Below the pieces are notes generated by a model, which saw only the letters and a list, made by a program, of their open reading frames with translations, ran no database searches and was not told where the DNA came from. From Arenicella sp. (GTDB lineage: Bacteria; Pseudomonadota; Gammaproteobacteria; Arenicellales; Arenicellaceae), in NCBI GenBank assembly GCA_047625975.1, contig JBLHRL010000005.1, forward strand, positions 2,601 to 66,600: a stretch of DNA of 64,000 nt. The letters run 5' to 3'. The translations under genes and the position numbers were made by a program. Every line of letters starts with the position of its first letter. The first letter of the stretch is position 1. Below are positions 42,017 through 51,872 of the stretch, in pieces.

Positions 42017-43396
42017 ATGAAAATTCTTATCCTAGGTGCTAGTCAAGTCGGTGTGTCCATCGCTGAGGTGCTGGTTGGCGAAGAGAACGACGTTACTGTT
42101 GTCGACGTTGATAGTGATATGCTACAGCAGCTACAAAATCGTTTAGACATTCGCACGGTCACCGGCAGTGCAGCTCACCCTTCAGTATTGAGATCGGCTG
42201 GCGCGGAAGATGCATCTCTAATTTTGGCAGTCACCAATAACGACCAAGTCAACTTGGTTGCCTGTCAAATTGCTGAAGCGATTTTCTCGACACCAACTAA
42301 AATCGCTCGCCTACGCTCGAAAGAGTATTTAAACAATCCCGAGCTATTTAGCAATGAGTCAGGCTTTCATGTCGATGTAGTTATATCGCCGGAGAAAATT
42401 GTTCGCGATCATATTACCCGTCTAATCGAATTTCCTGGAGCACTACAAGTTCTCGATTTTGCTGACGGTTTAGTTCAACTAGTCGGTGTCAAGGCGGTTG
42501 CTGGTGGTGCTTTAATCGGCTCTCCGCTAGAAGAACTCAAAGAGCATATGCCGGGCGTCGAAACACGCGTTGCGGCTATCTACCGTGACGGTGAAGTCAT
42601 TACACCTAAGTCGGAAACTGTTATTCTAGAAAATGACGAAGTGTTCTTTGTCGCAGCTCGAGAGCACATTCGCAAAGTCATGAGAGAGATGCGCGGTGTT
42701 AGTGATAAAACCAAACGTATCTTCATCGCCGGCGGTGGCAATATTGGCCTAAATTTAGCACGCGAATTAGAGCGCAAGGGCTACAGCGTTAAATTGATTG
42801 AGATGAAAGCATCCCGAGCGCAAAAAATTGCCGAGTCAATTGGTAATACGATTGTGTTGAATGGCGATGCGGCAGATGCCAGTCTATTACTTCAGGAAAA
42901 TATTGAGGCGGCAGACGTTTTTTGTGCGGTTACCGAAAAAGATGAGATCAATATTTTATCGGCTAATTTAGCCAAGCAATTAGGCGCAAAACGGGTGATG
43001 GCATTGGTCAACAAACCCGCATATGTAGAGCATTTAGAGCACCGCGATATCGATGTAATCATCTCTCCTCGAATTGCTACTATTGGTAGCGTTTTGGCTC
43101 ATATTCGTCGCGGTGATGTGGTCGCAGTGCATTCGCTTAGACGTGGTCGTGCTGAGGCGATTGAAGCAATAGCGCATGGCGACGCCAACTCATCAAAAGT
43201 AATTGGCAAAGGGGTTCGAGAAATACCGTTCCCAGAAGGCACCGGCGTTGGCGCAATTGTTCGCGATCATAAGGTTATCATTCCTAACGTAAATACCATC
43301 ATTGAGCCTGAAGACCACGTCATAATTTTTATGGATGACAAATCGTGTATCGCCGATGTTGAAGCCCTATTCCAAGTCGCCGCAACATTTATCTAA
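42017..43396 (+). CDS. trkA: Trk K+ uptake NAD-binding subunit
   Basis: Two RCK units (ILGASQVG; IAGGGNIG) and SLRRGRAEAIEAIAHGD. Confidence 0.96.
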   Translation: MKILILGASQVGVSIAEVLVGEENDVTVVDVDSDMLQQLQNRLDIRTVTGSAAHPSVLRSAGAEDASLILAVTNNDQVNLVACQIAEAIFSTPTKIARLRSKEYLNNPELFSNESGFHVDVVISPEKIVRDHITRLIEFPGALQVLDFADGLVQLVGVKAVAGGALIGSPLEELKEHMPGVETRVAAIYRDGEVITPKSETVILENDEVFFVAAREHIRKVMREMRGVSDKTKRIFIAGGGNIGLNLARELERKGYSVKLIEMKASRAQKIAESIGNTIVLNGDAADASLLLQENIEAADVFCAVTEKDEINILSANLAKQLGAKRVMALVNKPAYVEHLEHRDIDVIISPRIATIGSVLAHIRRGDVVAVHSLRRGRAEAIEAIAHGDANSSKVIGKGVREIPFPEGTGVGAIVRDHKVIIPNVNTIIEPEDHVIIFMDDKSCIADVEALFQVAATFI

Positions 43397-43426
43397 CCCC
43401 ACGCAATCGATCTTGATGACTGAAAC

Positions 43427-44878
43427 ATGCAGTATCAAACCGTTCTAAAAATTCTAGGTGTATTGCTGATTATGTTCAGCGTCACGCACCTAACACCTTT
43501 ACTGGTATCGTTTATTTACAACGACGGTAATAGCTTTCCGTTCGTGCTGTCATTCTCAGTAACACTCATTACCGGTTTGATAATGTGGGCACCGGTTCGG
43601 CGCAGTAAGCGTGACTTACGATACCGTGATGGCTTCTTAGTGGTCGTTCTCTTCTGGACCGTGCTAGCCACCTTCGGCGCGCTGCCTTTTTTATTTTCGA
43701 GTCACCATTCTTTATCTGTGACCGATGCTTTTTTTGAGTCGATGTCAGGGCTCACCACCACCGGCGGCACTATTCTCACCGACCTCGACACGCTGCCTCA
43801 TTCAACGCTTTACTACCGCCAACAATTACAATGGTTGGGCGGTATGGGGATTGTGGTGTTGGCGGTAGCGATAATGCCGATGCTCGGGATCGGCGGTATG
43901 CAACTGTATCGCGCAGAAACGCCAGGGCCGATGAAAGACAGTAAGCTCACACCACGAATAACTGAAAGCGCTAAAGCGCTTTGGTACATTTACTTTGGCT
44001 TAACAGTGATGTGTATGTTGGCCTACTGGACGGCAGGCATGAGCTTATTCGATGCAATTTGCCATGCCTTCTCGACCGTCGCCATTGGTGGTTTTTCAAC
44101 TCACGATGCCAGCCTCGGCTTCTTCAACAGCGCGGCCATAGAAACAGTCGCCATGGTATTCATGCTGGTGGCGTCAGCTAACTTCTCATTACACTTTTTA
44201 GCATGGCGTAATAAATCAATTTTGCCGTATCTGCGAGACAGCGAATATCGTTTCTTTTTAACAATCTTAGCGCTCACTTCGATTGTTGTAATAGCCGCAC
44301 TGATTTCGCAAAACTTATACACCAGCAGCACCGTTGCCGCTCGCCAAGGCTTATTCCACTTAATTTCGATCGTCACAACTACCGGCTTTACCTCTAGTGG
44401 CTTTGCATGGTGGCCCGGCGCACTTCCAGTATTGTTAATTCTACTCAGCTTCATGGGCGGCTGCGCCGGATCGACTGCCGGTGGCATGAAAGTCATGCGC
44501 ATTCAATTAATGTACAAACAGGGCCGTAAAGAAATTGTACGGTTGGTTCACCCAAACGCAGTGTTGTCTATAAAATCTGGCGATCAAGTGATTAGCGACA
44601 AAGTGATTAGCGCCGTAACGGCCTTCTTCTCGATGTATATTCTTTCTTTTGCGCTTACTGGTTTTGCCCTTAGCGCCGCCGGTTTAGACTGGATAACAGC
44701 ATTTTCAGCCGCCGCCGCCTGCTTAAATAATCTTGGTCCCGGCTTAGCTGAAGTAGCGAACAACTACGCCGACATCAATGACACCGCAAAGTGGATTTTA
44801 TCATTCGCTATGCTGCTCGGGCGCCTTGAACTATTTACTCTATTGGTACTATTCACCAGCACCTTTTGGCGCGACTAA
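43427..44878 (+). CDS. trkH: Trk K+ uptake membrane subunit
   Basis: FESMSGLTTTG, QWLGGMGI, GGCAGSTAGG and LLGRLE motifs. Confidence 0.96.
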   Translation: MQYQTVLKILGVLLIMFSVTHLTPLLVSFIYNDGNSFPFVLSFSVTLITGLIMWAPVRRSKRDLRYRDGFLVVVLFWTVLATFGALPFLFSSHHSLSVTDAFFESMSGLTTTGGTILTDLDTLPHSTLYYRQQLQWLGGMGIVVLAVAIMPMLGIGGMQLYRAETPGPMKDSKLTPRITESAKALWYIYFGLTVMCMLAYWTAGMSLFDAICHAFSTVAIGGFSTHDASLGFFNSAAIETVAMVFMLVASANFSLHFLAWRNKSILPYLRDSEYRFFLTILALTSIVVIAALISQNLYTSSTVAARQGLFHLISIVTTTGFTSSGFAWWPGALPVLLILLSFMGGCAGSTAGGMKVMRIQLMYKQGRKEIVRLVHPNAVLSIKSGDQVISDKVISAVTAFFSMYILSFALTGFALSAAGLDWITAFSAAAACLNNLGPGLAEVANNYADINDTAKWILSFAMLLGRLELFTLLVLFTSTFWRD

Positions 44879-44950
44879 ATTTACTTTTGAGCCGTAATGT
44901 TAAGGCACCAAAAAACTGCCCACGCGGCCTTTTTCTAATTCAATATCAGC

Positions 44951-45290
44951 TTACATATAAACTGAAGTTTTACGGAAGTATTTAACAAGCAAGTAATACC
45001 TCACAGCACGATATTTATTGTGGTTTGATTTGCCATAAATTTTGATCGTTTCTTGAATGCTCTCATCTAACTTTGAAGAGTCTATCAAGCCAAGTTTTTT
45101 TAAGCAGTGCTTCTTAACTCGATCTAGTTGGTTTGGATCACCGGCTGAGACAGCACACGCATCGGCGCTATAGATTTACGGGCCGCAACCAATGGTTCAA
45201 GGCCGTCAGTAATTTTATACCAGCCTTCACATCACACCTCTTCTCGATATCGCCAGCATATTTGACTATTAAATCAACACGCTTACTCAT
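44951..45290 (-). pseudogene. DUF2853-family pseudogene (one frameshift and one nonsense codon)
   Basis: MSKRVDLIVKYAGDIEKRCDVKAGIKLLTAL, +1 shift near 45197, then TIGCGP*IYSADA...KKLGL...YGKSNHNKYRAVRYYLLVKYFRKTSVYM*. The internal TAA is at 45178-45176. Confidence 0.8.
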
Positions 45291-45454
45291 TGGTCATCTC
45301 CAAAAAATTAATCGTTATAGTGTGTTTAAAATTGTCCAACTCAATTAAGGAAACAAGCTCTAATCCCCCAGACTTAAATCGTATAGCACTGCTGATAGGT
45401 TCAGTTGCATTCGACAACACCTAAAATATTGAAAATTAGAAGAGTAATGAAAGT

Positions 45455-46381
45455 CTATTTATAAAATTTAACACCCTGTTCGCCATCATCTAGAGGACGA
45501 GTCTTAAATCGCTTGTGCACCCAAAAGTATTGCTCTGGGTTAGGTCTAATTAAATTAGCTACTTCTTGGTTCATTCGAGTGGTGTCCTTTAGCTCGTCGC
45601 CACTCGGGAACTGTTCGAGTGGCGGGCTCAAAAAAACATCATAGCCTTGCCCCCAAGGCTTAATTCGAGTTCGGCAAGGTATCACCAAAGCATCCGTCAT
45701 TTCGGCGAATTTACCCAGCATTGAATAAGTCGCCGCAAGCTCATGAAAAAACGGTACGAACAAGCCCTTGCGCCCCGCATCTTGGTCTGGCAAATAGTAA
45801 AAGGGCCGACCCTTACGAATCGCCCTAACCAACTTTCTCATTGATGCTTTACGCTCTACCAACTCGCCGCCATAACGCAGCCGTCCACGTTTAACGACTT
45901 CGTCAACCAAGCCATTTTTTGCATATTGATACATGGTTAGCATGGGTCGTTCTTGCGCAAGCGTATAACCGGCAACATCAAGCGCAGCAAAATGCGGCGC
46001 AAGAATTATGATATTACGACCAGATGCCAAGGCTTTATCGTAATCTTCTCGGCCATAAACCGTCACCATTCGATTGAATCTCTTTTTCGATACCCACCAA
46101 TTCATAGGAGCTGTGAATAGAGATTGTCCTGCCATCTGATAATGTTGGCGATTAATTTTACGCCATTCTGGTGCTGCTAGCTCAGGAAAGCAAACCGAGA
46201 TATTGCGCAATGCAATCCGCCGTCTTGACGCGCCGAGCAGGTAAAATAAAAGACCCACGCTTTGACCCAAAACCGCAATAACCGGTAACGGTAGAATACT
46301 AACAATACGGAAAAACCCTAGACCAAGCCAGGTAGGCCAGTACTTAGGACTCAGAAAATGTGAAAGATGAGTGTTTTGCAA
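45455..46381 (-). CDS. lpxL: Lipid A lauroyl/late acyltransferase
   Basis: PKYWPTWLG, H-x4-D (HFAALD), YLPDQD and PEQYFWVHKRFKTRP motifs. Confidence 0.9.
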   Translation of the reverse strand: MQNTHLSHFLSPKYWPTWLGLGFFRIVSILPLPVIAVLGQSVGLLFYLLGASRRRIALRNISVCFPELAAPEWRKINRQHYQMAGQSLFTAPMNWWVSKKRFNRMVTVYGREDYDKALASGRNIIILAPHFAALDVAGYTLAQERPMLTMYQYAKNGLVDEVVKRGRLRYGGELVERKASMRKLVRAIRKGRPFYYLPDQDAGRKGLFVPFFHELAATYSMLGKFAEMTDALVIPCRTRIKPWGQGYDVFLSPPLEQFPSGDELKDTTRMNQEVANLIRPNPEQYFWVHKRFKTRPLDDGEQGVKFYK

Positions 46382-46534
46382 AGAAACTTAACGCGATCAA
46401 TGTTCGTAGGTAGCCGTTTACAATAGCACAAGGTCGGTAAGTTCTCGCCCGTGGCCCAGGTATCTAAGTTAGTAAATAACAACAAACTTAACTACTTGCA
46501 AAGCGGTCACGCTTAGTTTGCTAAACTAGGCTTT

Positions 46535-47089
46535 ATGAATATGAACAGACGATCAGTGCTCTTGATTTCAGCCACTAGCCTTACTGGTGGCATTGCGGGT
46601 ATTAGCTGGTTACAAGCCCAAGAGAGTGACAATGAAACATCAACTAAGACGCAAAAAAATATGACAGAGTCCCTAAATTTAGAGCCTAACCCTGATGCCG
46701 TTGAACCACTCGAGTTGAGCAAGTCTGAATGGCAAGCTCGGCTAAGCGATGAAGCTTTTTACGTATTACGTAAAGAAGGCACAGAGCGAGCATTTAGCAG
46801 TGAACTGAACGACGAAAAGCGCGATGGAGAATTCGCTTGCGCTGGCTGTGGATTGGTATTGTTTACGTCAGCCCAAAAATTCGACAGTGGTACTGGCTGG
46901 CCTAGCTTTTTCGACATAGTTGAAGGTCGAATCACCACCAAGCGCGATTTCAAACTTATCTTACCGCGCACTGAATATCATTGCGCTCGCTGCGGTGGGC
47001 ATCAAGGACATGTATTTAAAGACGGCCCTGCGCCGACCAATTTACGCTATTGCAACAATGGTGTAGCGTTGACGTTTATTGCCGCTTAG
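46535..47089 (+). CDS. msrB: Methionine-R-sulfoxide reductase with Tat signal
   Basis: KFDSGTGWPSF, GHVF.DGP, RYCNNG and two CxxC; N-terminal RRSVL plus hydrophobic stretch. Confidence 0.93.
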   Translation: MNMNRRSVLLISATSLTGGIAGISWLQAQESDNETSTKTQKNMTESLNLEPNPDAVEPLELSKSEWQARLSDEAFYVLRKEGTERAFSSELNDEKRDGEFACAGCGLVLFTSAQKFDSGTGWPSFFDIVEGRITTKRDFKLILPRTEYHCARCGGHQGHVFKDGPAPTNLRYCNNGVALTFIAA

Positions 47090-47732
47090 CGTAATAAAGA
47101 CCCTCAGCTTGCAGGTACGTTCGCAAGCTGGTGATTGTTTCTGAGGCATCTAGTAGGTCTTGCCACTCATCAACGTCGTTAAGTGATGGTAATTGCTTTA
47201 ACGTCAAACCGGCCGAGTTAGCACTTGCAAGTGTTTTCTCAAATATCTGATCTTGACCCCAAGGCTTATTGAGAAATAAGTCATCGGAAGCGTGGCAAAG
47301 ACCAAGAAAATAGTAACCGCCGTCGTCCGACGGGCCTATAACCGACTTGCCAGACTGCAATAATGTATAAGCCTGACGCAGGCTCGAAGCTAGCGTATGG
47401 GGCGCATCACAGCCCATCACAGCGGCAGGGTAACCGTAACTCGACAGTGCATGCCGCATCTTTGCACCTAAATCACCCTCGCATTGCTGAGTTACTGTGA
47501 TTGCATAACGCTGTCGCATTTTAGAGAAAAATACATGATCCAAATCCAACCAAACCGATAGGAAAACTTCGCCAGGCCAAGATTCACATGCCCGCTGAAT
47601 TGACTCCTCCATCAAGCGCTTAGCAATTTCGGCCGCTTGCTCGGCTGAACAATGAGTCATTAAACGAGTTTTTACACTCCCCGCAATTGGCGCCTTAGCA
47701 AACAGCAGTAGCGGTATGTTATCGAACATCAT
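47076..47732 (-). CDS. DUF2064 / TIGR04282-like nucleotide-sugar transferase
   Basis: FAKAP..G.VKTRL, QCEGDLG.KM, GCDAP, VIGPSDDGGYY and DVDEWQD motifs. Confidence 0.85.
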   Translation of the reverse strand: MMFDNIPLLLFAKAPIAGSVKTRLMTHCSAEQAAEIAKRLMEESIQRACESWPGEVFLSVWLDLDHVFFSKMRQRYAITVTQQCEGDLGAKMRHALSSYGYPAAVMGCDAPHTLASSLRQAYTLLQSGKSVIGPSDDGGYYFLGLCHASDDLFLNKPWGQDQIFEKTLASANSAGLTLKQLPSLNDVDEWQDLLDASETITSLRTYLQAEGLYYAKRQ

Positions 47733-48402
47733 CGTAACCTTGCTTAAGCCATGAAGGTGACACTCCAAAGAAATAAGCTAAGCGATACCACCACATTTTT
47801 ACAATGGTAGAAGCGACTCCGTGCTGCTGCCAACGCCGAGCGCTGGTAGTGACTTTTGCCCGTGAACTAAAAGGGCGGTGTAAGTGACGTAGACGCTTGC
47901 ACAGCGCAACGTCTTCCATTATCGGAAAATCAGGAAAACCGGCTATTGATATAAAGACTTCTCGATCAATAAATATCGCCTGATCTCCTGTTGCAATACC
48001 GCTGATTCGCGAGCGCAAATTTATAAAAAAGGCGACCATTTTCATGGCCTTAGAGCGGCTCGAGAATTGAACGTCAAATCGCCCCCAAATAGCGGCTTTA
48101 GCCAGCTCAGATTTATAATTTTTCGGAAGCTTAGTATCAGCGTGCAAGAAAAGCAGCATCGGTTGATTCGCTTGCTGCGCTCCAGCATTCATTTGTCGCG
48201 CACGTCCCGCTTGGCTAGATAACAGCCGATAACCAGCGGCCTCAACTAAGCTACAAGTTTGATCCTGACTGCCACCGTCAACAATAATGACCTGCTCAGC
48301 ACCTAATCCGTCAAGTTGCTCAAGAAGGCTTGCTACCACTGCTTGCTCATTAAGTAGTGGCACAATGATTGAGACTCCCTGGCTCACAATTAGCTCATTC
48401 AA
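47719..48402 (-). CDS. GT2 family glycosyltransferase, TIGR04283-like
   Basis: SIIVPLLNE, VDGGSQD, GRARQMNAGA, LFLHADT, TGDQAIF, MED and TSARRW motifs. Confidence 0.88.
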   Translation of the reverse strand: MNELIVSQGVSIIVPLLNEQAVVASLLEQLDGLGAEQVIIVDGGSQDQTCSLVEAAGYRLLSSQAGRARQMNAGAQQANQPMLLFLHADTKLPKNYKSELAKAAIWGRFDVQFSSRSKAMKMVAFFINLRSRISGIATGDQAIFIDREVFISIAGFPDFPIMEDVALCKRLRHLHRPFSSRAKVTTSARRWQQHGVASTIVKMWWYRLAYFFGVSPSWLKQGYDDVR

Positions 48403-48405
48403 ACG

Positions 48406-49629
48406 CTAGCTTGATCGCTTTGCACCAATCCGCAAGCGCAGCGCGTTCAATTTGATAAAGCCTTCTGCGTCAGCTTGATTGTAAGCACCTTCATCATCTT
48501 CAAAAGTGGCTATACGTTCATCAAACAATGAGTCTTTTTCCGATTTACGCCCGGCAATATAAACCATACCTTTATACAGCTTAACCCGAACAGTTCCGTT
48601 AACGTGCTTCTGCGACTGGTCAATCATAGTCTGCAACATTTCACGCTCAGGGCTCCACCAGTAGCCGTTATAAATTAGCTCAGCATACTTAGGCATCAAC
48701 TCATCTTTCAAATGGGCGACTTCACGATCTAAAGTCAATGACTCCATAGCCCGATGAGCACGTAACATAATCGTCCCCGCTGGAGTCTCGTAACAACCGC
48801 GTGACTTCATACCGACGTATCGGTTTTCAACGATGTCATCCCGACCTATACCATGTTCGCCACCGACTTTGTTCAGCCAAGCCATAACCGTTGCTGGGCT
48901 CATAGCCTCGCCGTCTATTGCTACGATGTCACCTCGAACGAAGTCGAGCTCAACATATTGAGCTTGATCAGGTGCCTCTTCAGGAGAAGCTGTCCATTTC
49001 CACATCTCGTCTTCGGCTTCGGCCCAAGGGTCTTCCAAAATACCGCCCTCATATGAGATATGCAGCAAGTTAGCATCCATTGAATACAAGGACTTACCGT
49101 CAGCTTTCTTTTCAACGCTAATATCATTGGCGTCAGCATAGGCAAGTAACTTATCTCGAGAGTTTAAATCCCACTCACGCCATGGAGCAATTATTTGAAT
49201 ATCGGGGCGTAATGCATAGGCGCCAAGCTCAAAACGAACTTGGTCATTACCTTTGCCTGTGGCTCCATGCGAAATAGCATCAGCACCGGTTTCATTGGCA
49301 ATTTCTATTAAGCGTTTGGCGATAAGTGGGCGTGCAATCGAGGTTCCCAAACGGTATTCGCCCTCGTACATGGCATTCGCTCGCATCATAGGATAAACAT
49401 AATTACCCGCGAACTCCTCGCGAAGATCATCTATGTAAATACTTTTAACGCCCATCGCTTCAGCTTTGGCACGCGCCGGCTCTACTTCTTCGCCTTGGCC
49501 AATGTCAGCGGTAAAGGTCACAACCTCACAGTCATATTCTTCTTGCAACCACTTAAGAATAATTGAAGTGTCCAGGCCACCTGAGTAGGCAAGCACTACT
49601 TTCTTGATATCTTTCTTTGAATTCGCCAT
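48406..49629 (-). CDS. argG: Argininosuccinate synthase
   Basis: [24 protein letters not shown] and SRGCYETP motifs. Confidence 0.98.
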   Translation of the reverse strand: MANSKKDIKKVVLAYSGGLDTSIILKWLQEEYDCEVVTFTADIGQGEEVEPARAKAEAMGVKSIYIDDLREEFAGNYVYPMMRANAMYEGEYRLGTSIARPLIAKRLIEIANETGADAISHGATGKGNDQVRFELGAYALRPDIQIIAPWREWDLNSRDKLLAYADANDISVEKKADGKSLYSMDANLLHISYEGGILEDPWAEAEDEMWKWTASPEEAPDQAQYVELDFVRGDIVAIDGEAMSPATVMAWLNKVGGEHGIGRDDIVENRYVGMKSRGCYETPAGTIMLRAHRAMESLTLDREVAHLKDELMPKYAELIYNGYWWSPEREMLQTMIDQSQKHVNGTVRVKLYKGMVYIAGRKSEKDSLFDERIATFEDDEGAYNQADAEGFIKLNALRLRIGAKRSS

Positions 49630-49850
49630 AACCGCGTTAAAATTGAGAAATTTTCAGTGTTCGTAGTGTCTGGTTTTCGCCCGCAAAGGTCAAGCTAGCC
49701 TGACCTTAAATATAAACCGCTCGCTAACATTGACGGGGGATTAGCGATAGAACTTGAGTGCCAAAGACGTAAAAAAAGTGTATAACAAGACAGTAGGTTA
49801 AAAGAATCTGTTTCTAAATCAAAAACAACTAAAATTTAAAGGTAACTGTA

Positions 49851-50471
49851 ATGGAAGAAATCAACTTTATAGCTAGATGGGCACATTTAATGTTTGGCAT
49901 TACATGGATCGGTATGCTGTATTACTTCAATTTCGTTCAGGGTGGTTATTTCAAAAGCGCCACCCCTGAAGGCCTAGCCGATGCTAAAGCTAAGCTTGCC
50001 CCGAGTGCATTATGGTGGTTTCGTTGGGCCGCGATGTTTACATTCCTAACCGGCCTATATTTAATCTCCTACTTAGGCACCACCTTCAAGTACAACGATT
50101 ACATTATGATTGGCTCACTAATGGGCATATTAATGTTCCTAAATGTGTGGCTCGTGATATGGCCATCACAACAAATTGCGCTTGGTATGAAGGAAGGTGA
50201 CGGCCCAGCCGCTGGTGCTAAAGCATTGCTAGCCTCTCGAACAAATGTATTATTTTCAGCCCCAATGTCTTACTTCATGTTAGCTTCAGCGCATAAAAAA
50301 CACCTAGTTGATGGTGTAGATACTGGCCTTTTTGTTGCTCTTGCGATTGTAGTGATACTTCAGTTAAACGCATTATTTGGCAAACAAGGTCCAATCTCTT
50401 CAGTCGTTGGCGTTATTCACTGCAGCATCGCACTCACAGCGGTACTCGCAGCTACTTTGTATTTTCTCTAA
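49851..50471 (+). CDS. PuuD/urate-oxidase N-terminal-like membrane protein (no cytochrome c domain)
   Basis: RWAH...GITWIG.LYYFNFVQ, ALWWFRW, M..NVW..IWP.Q and SRTN motifs. Confidence 0.75.
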   Translation: MEEINFIARWAHLMFGITWIGMLYYFNFVQGGYFKSATPEGLADAKAKLAPSALWWFRWAAMFTFLTGLYLISYLGTTFKYNDYIMIGSLMGILMFLNVWLVIWPSQQIALGMKEGDGPAAGAKALLASRTNVLFSAPMSYFMLASAHKKHLVDGVDTGLFVALAIVVILQLNALFGKQGPISSVVGVIHCSIALTAVLAATLYFL

Positions 50472-50542
50472 AACGCCATAAAATAAGTCTGTAGAGGTTT
50501 GTCTTAGCTGGATAAAACCTAGTAAACTTAGACCTAGATGAT

Positions 50543-50574
50543 AGCGCCCCGCTTGATAAGTTGGGGCGTTTTTT
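50543..50574 (+). terminator. Intrinsic terminator
   Basis: AGCGCCCC-GCTT...AAGT-TGGGGCGTT stem followed by a T-run. Confidence 0.75.
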
Positions 50575-50642
50575 ATTTCTACAATAATGTTAGCTCAAAC
50601 CATGCTAATCGCACCCTGATAACAGAATAGAATACCCTAATC

Positions 50643-51860
50643 ATGTTACAAAATTTTCTGAAAAAGTTTCGTAAAGAACCGCTCGCTCAATATCCTGAAC
50701 CAGCGCTAATGAAATCTTATACTCGCTTGCCGATCAGTTTTGTACGGGGCCAAGGCCCACTATTGTGGGATGCCGACGGTCACGAATACTTAGATGCGCT
50801 CGGCGGTATTGCAGTAACCTTTTTAGGCCATTGTCACCCGAAAGTCAGCGATGCGATATCGCTACAGGCAAACACCCTATTACACACTAGCAACCTATTT
50901 CATATTAAGGCGCAAGCAGATCTTGGAGCAAAATTCTGCGCTATATCAGGAATGGATAAAGTCTTTTTTGGAAATTCCGGCGCAGAAGCGAACGAAGCTG
51001 CGATAAAGATTGCACGCCTACATGCTCGGACTAAAGGCATAAAGCAGCCAATCATCCTCACGGCTGATCAATCATTCCATGGCCGCACCATGGCCACATT
51101 ATCGGCCACCGGCAATGCGGCAATTCAAAACGGCTTTGCACCATTGCTCGGCGAGTTTATTCACGTACGCTACAATAATATCGAAGCAATGCGCAACTAC
51201 GCAGATAATACCAATGTTGTCGCTATCATGATCGAGCCGATTCAAGGCGAAGGCGGCATTATAGTGCCTGACGACGGCTATTTACGCGCCTTACGTACAC
51301 TATGTGATGAGCAAGGCTGGCTGTTGATTGTTGATGAAATTCAAACTGGTATGGGCCGCACCGGACAATGGTTTGCCTTTCAACATGAAGGCATTCAACC
51401 GGATATCGTCACCAGCGCCAAAGCGCTCGGAAATGGTATTCCTATCGGAGCATGTGCAGCTAGAGGCGAAGCCGCAAATTTGATTAGCCCTGGAACCCAT
51501 GGCAGTACTTTTGGCGGCAACCCGTTCGCAAGTAAGGTTGGGGAGACAGTAATCGACATTATTACTGACCAAAAACTGGTGGAAAAGGCCGGCGAAATTG
51601 GTGCCTCACTTAAAAAGAAACTGCAGCAAACGCTGATTACTTTCGATCAGGTTGTCGATATTCGAGGTAAAGGCCTGATGCTCGGCATCGAGTTAAATAA
51701 AGTATATCCCGACCTGGCAATGAAATTTTTGGTAGCTGGGCTAGTAGTCAACATCACTGGTGATGGAAAAGTGATTCGCCTACTGCCTTCAGTAATGTTG
51801 AGCGAGGTGCAAGTGAAAAAAATTGTCGAAACCATTCGTGACGTTGTATCGGCGCTTTAA
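50643..51860 (+). CDS. argD: Acetylornithine aminotransferase
   Basis: NSGAEANE, SFHGRT, DEIQTG, AKALGNG and HGSTFGGNP motifs; upstream of argF. Confidence 0.92.
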   Translation: MLQNFLKKFRKEPLAQYPEPALMKSYTRLPISFVRGQGPLLWDADGHEYLDALGGIAVTFLGHCHPKVSDAISLQANTLLHTSNLFHIKAQADLGAKFCAISGMDKVFFGNSGAEANEAAIKIARLHARTKGIKQPIILTADQSFHGRTMATLSATGNAAIQNGFAPLLGEFIHVRYNNIEAMRNYADNTNVVAIMIEPIQGEGGIIVPDDGYLRALRTLCDEQGWLLIVDEIQTGMGRTGQWFAFQHEGIQPDIVTSAKALGNGIPIGACAARGEAANLISPGTHGSTFGGNPFASKVGETVIDIITDQKLVEKAGEIGASLKKKLQQTLITFDQVVDIRGKGLMLGIELNKVYPDLAMKFLVAGLVVNITGDGKVIRLLPSVMLSEVQVKKIVETIRDVVSAL

Positions 51861-51872
51861 CTGAGTGAAACA

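Noticed and set aside
45133-45348. 71-aa plus-strand ORF
   Set aside because: It is the antisense shadow of the DUF2853-like pseudogene and has no recognisable motifs.
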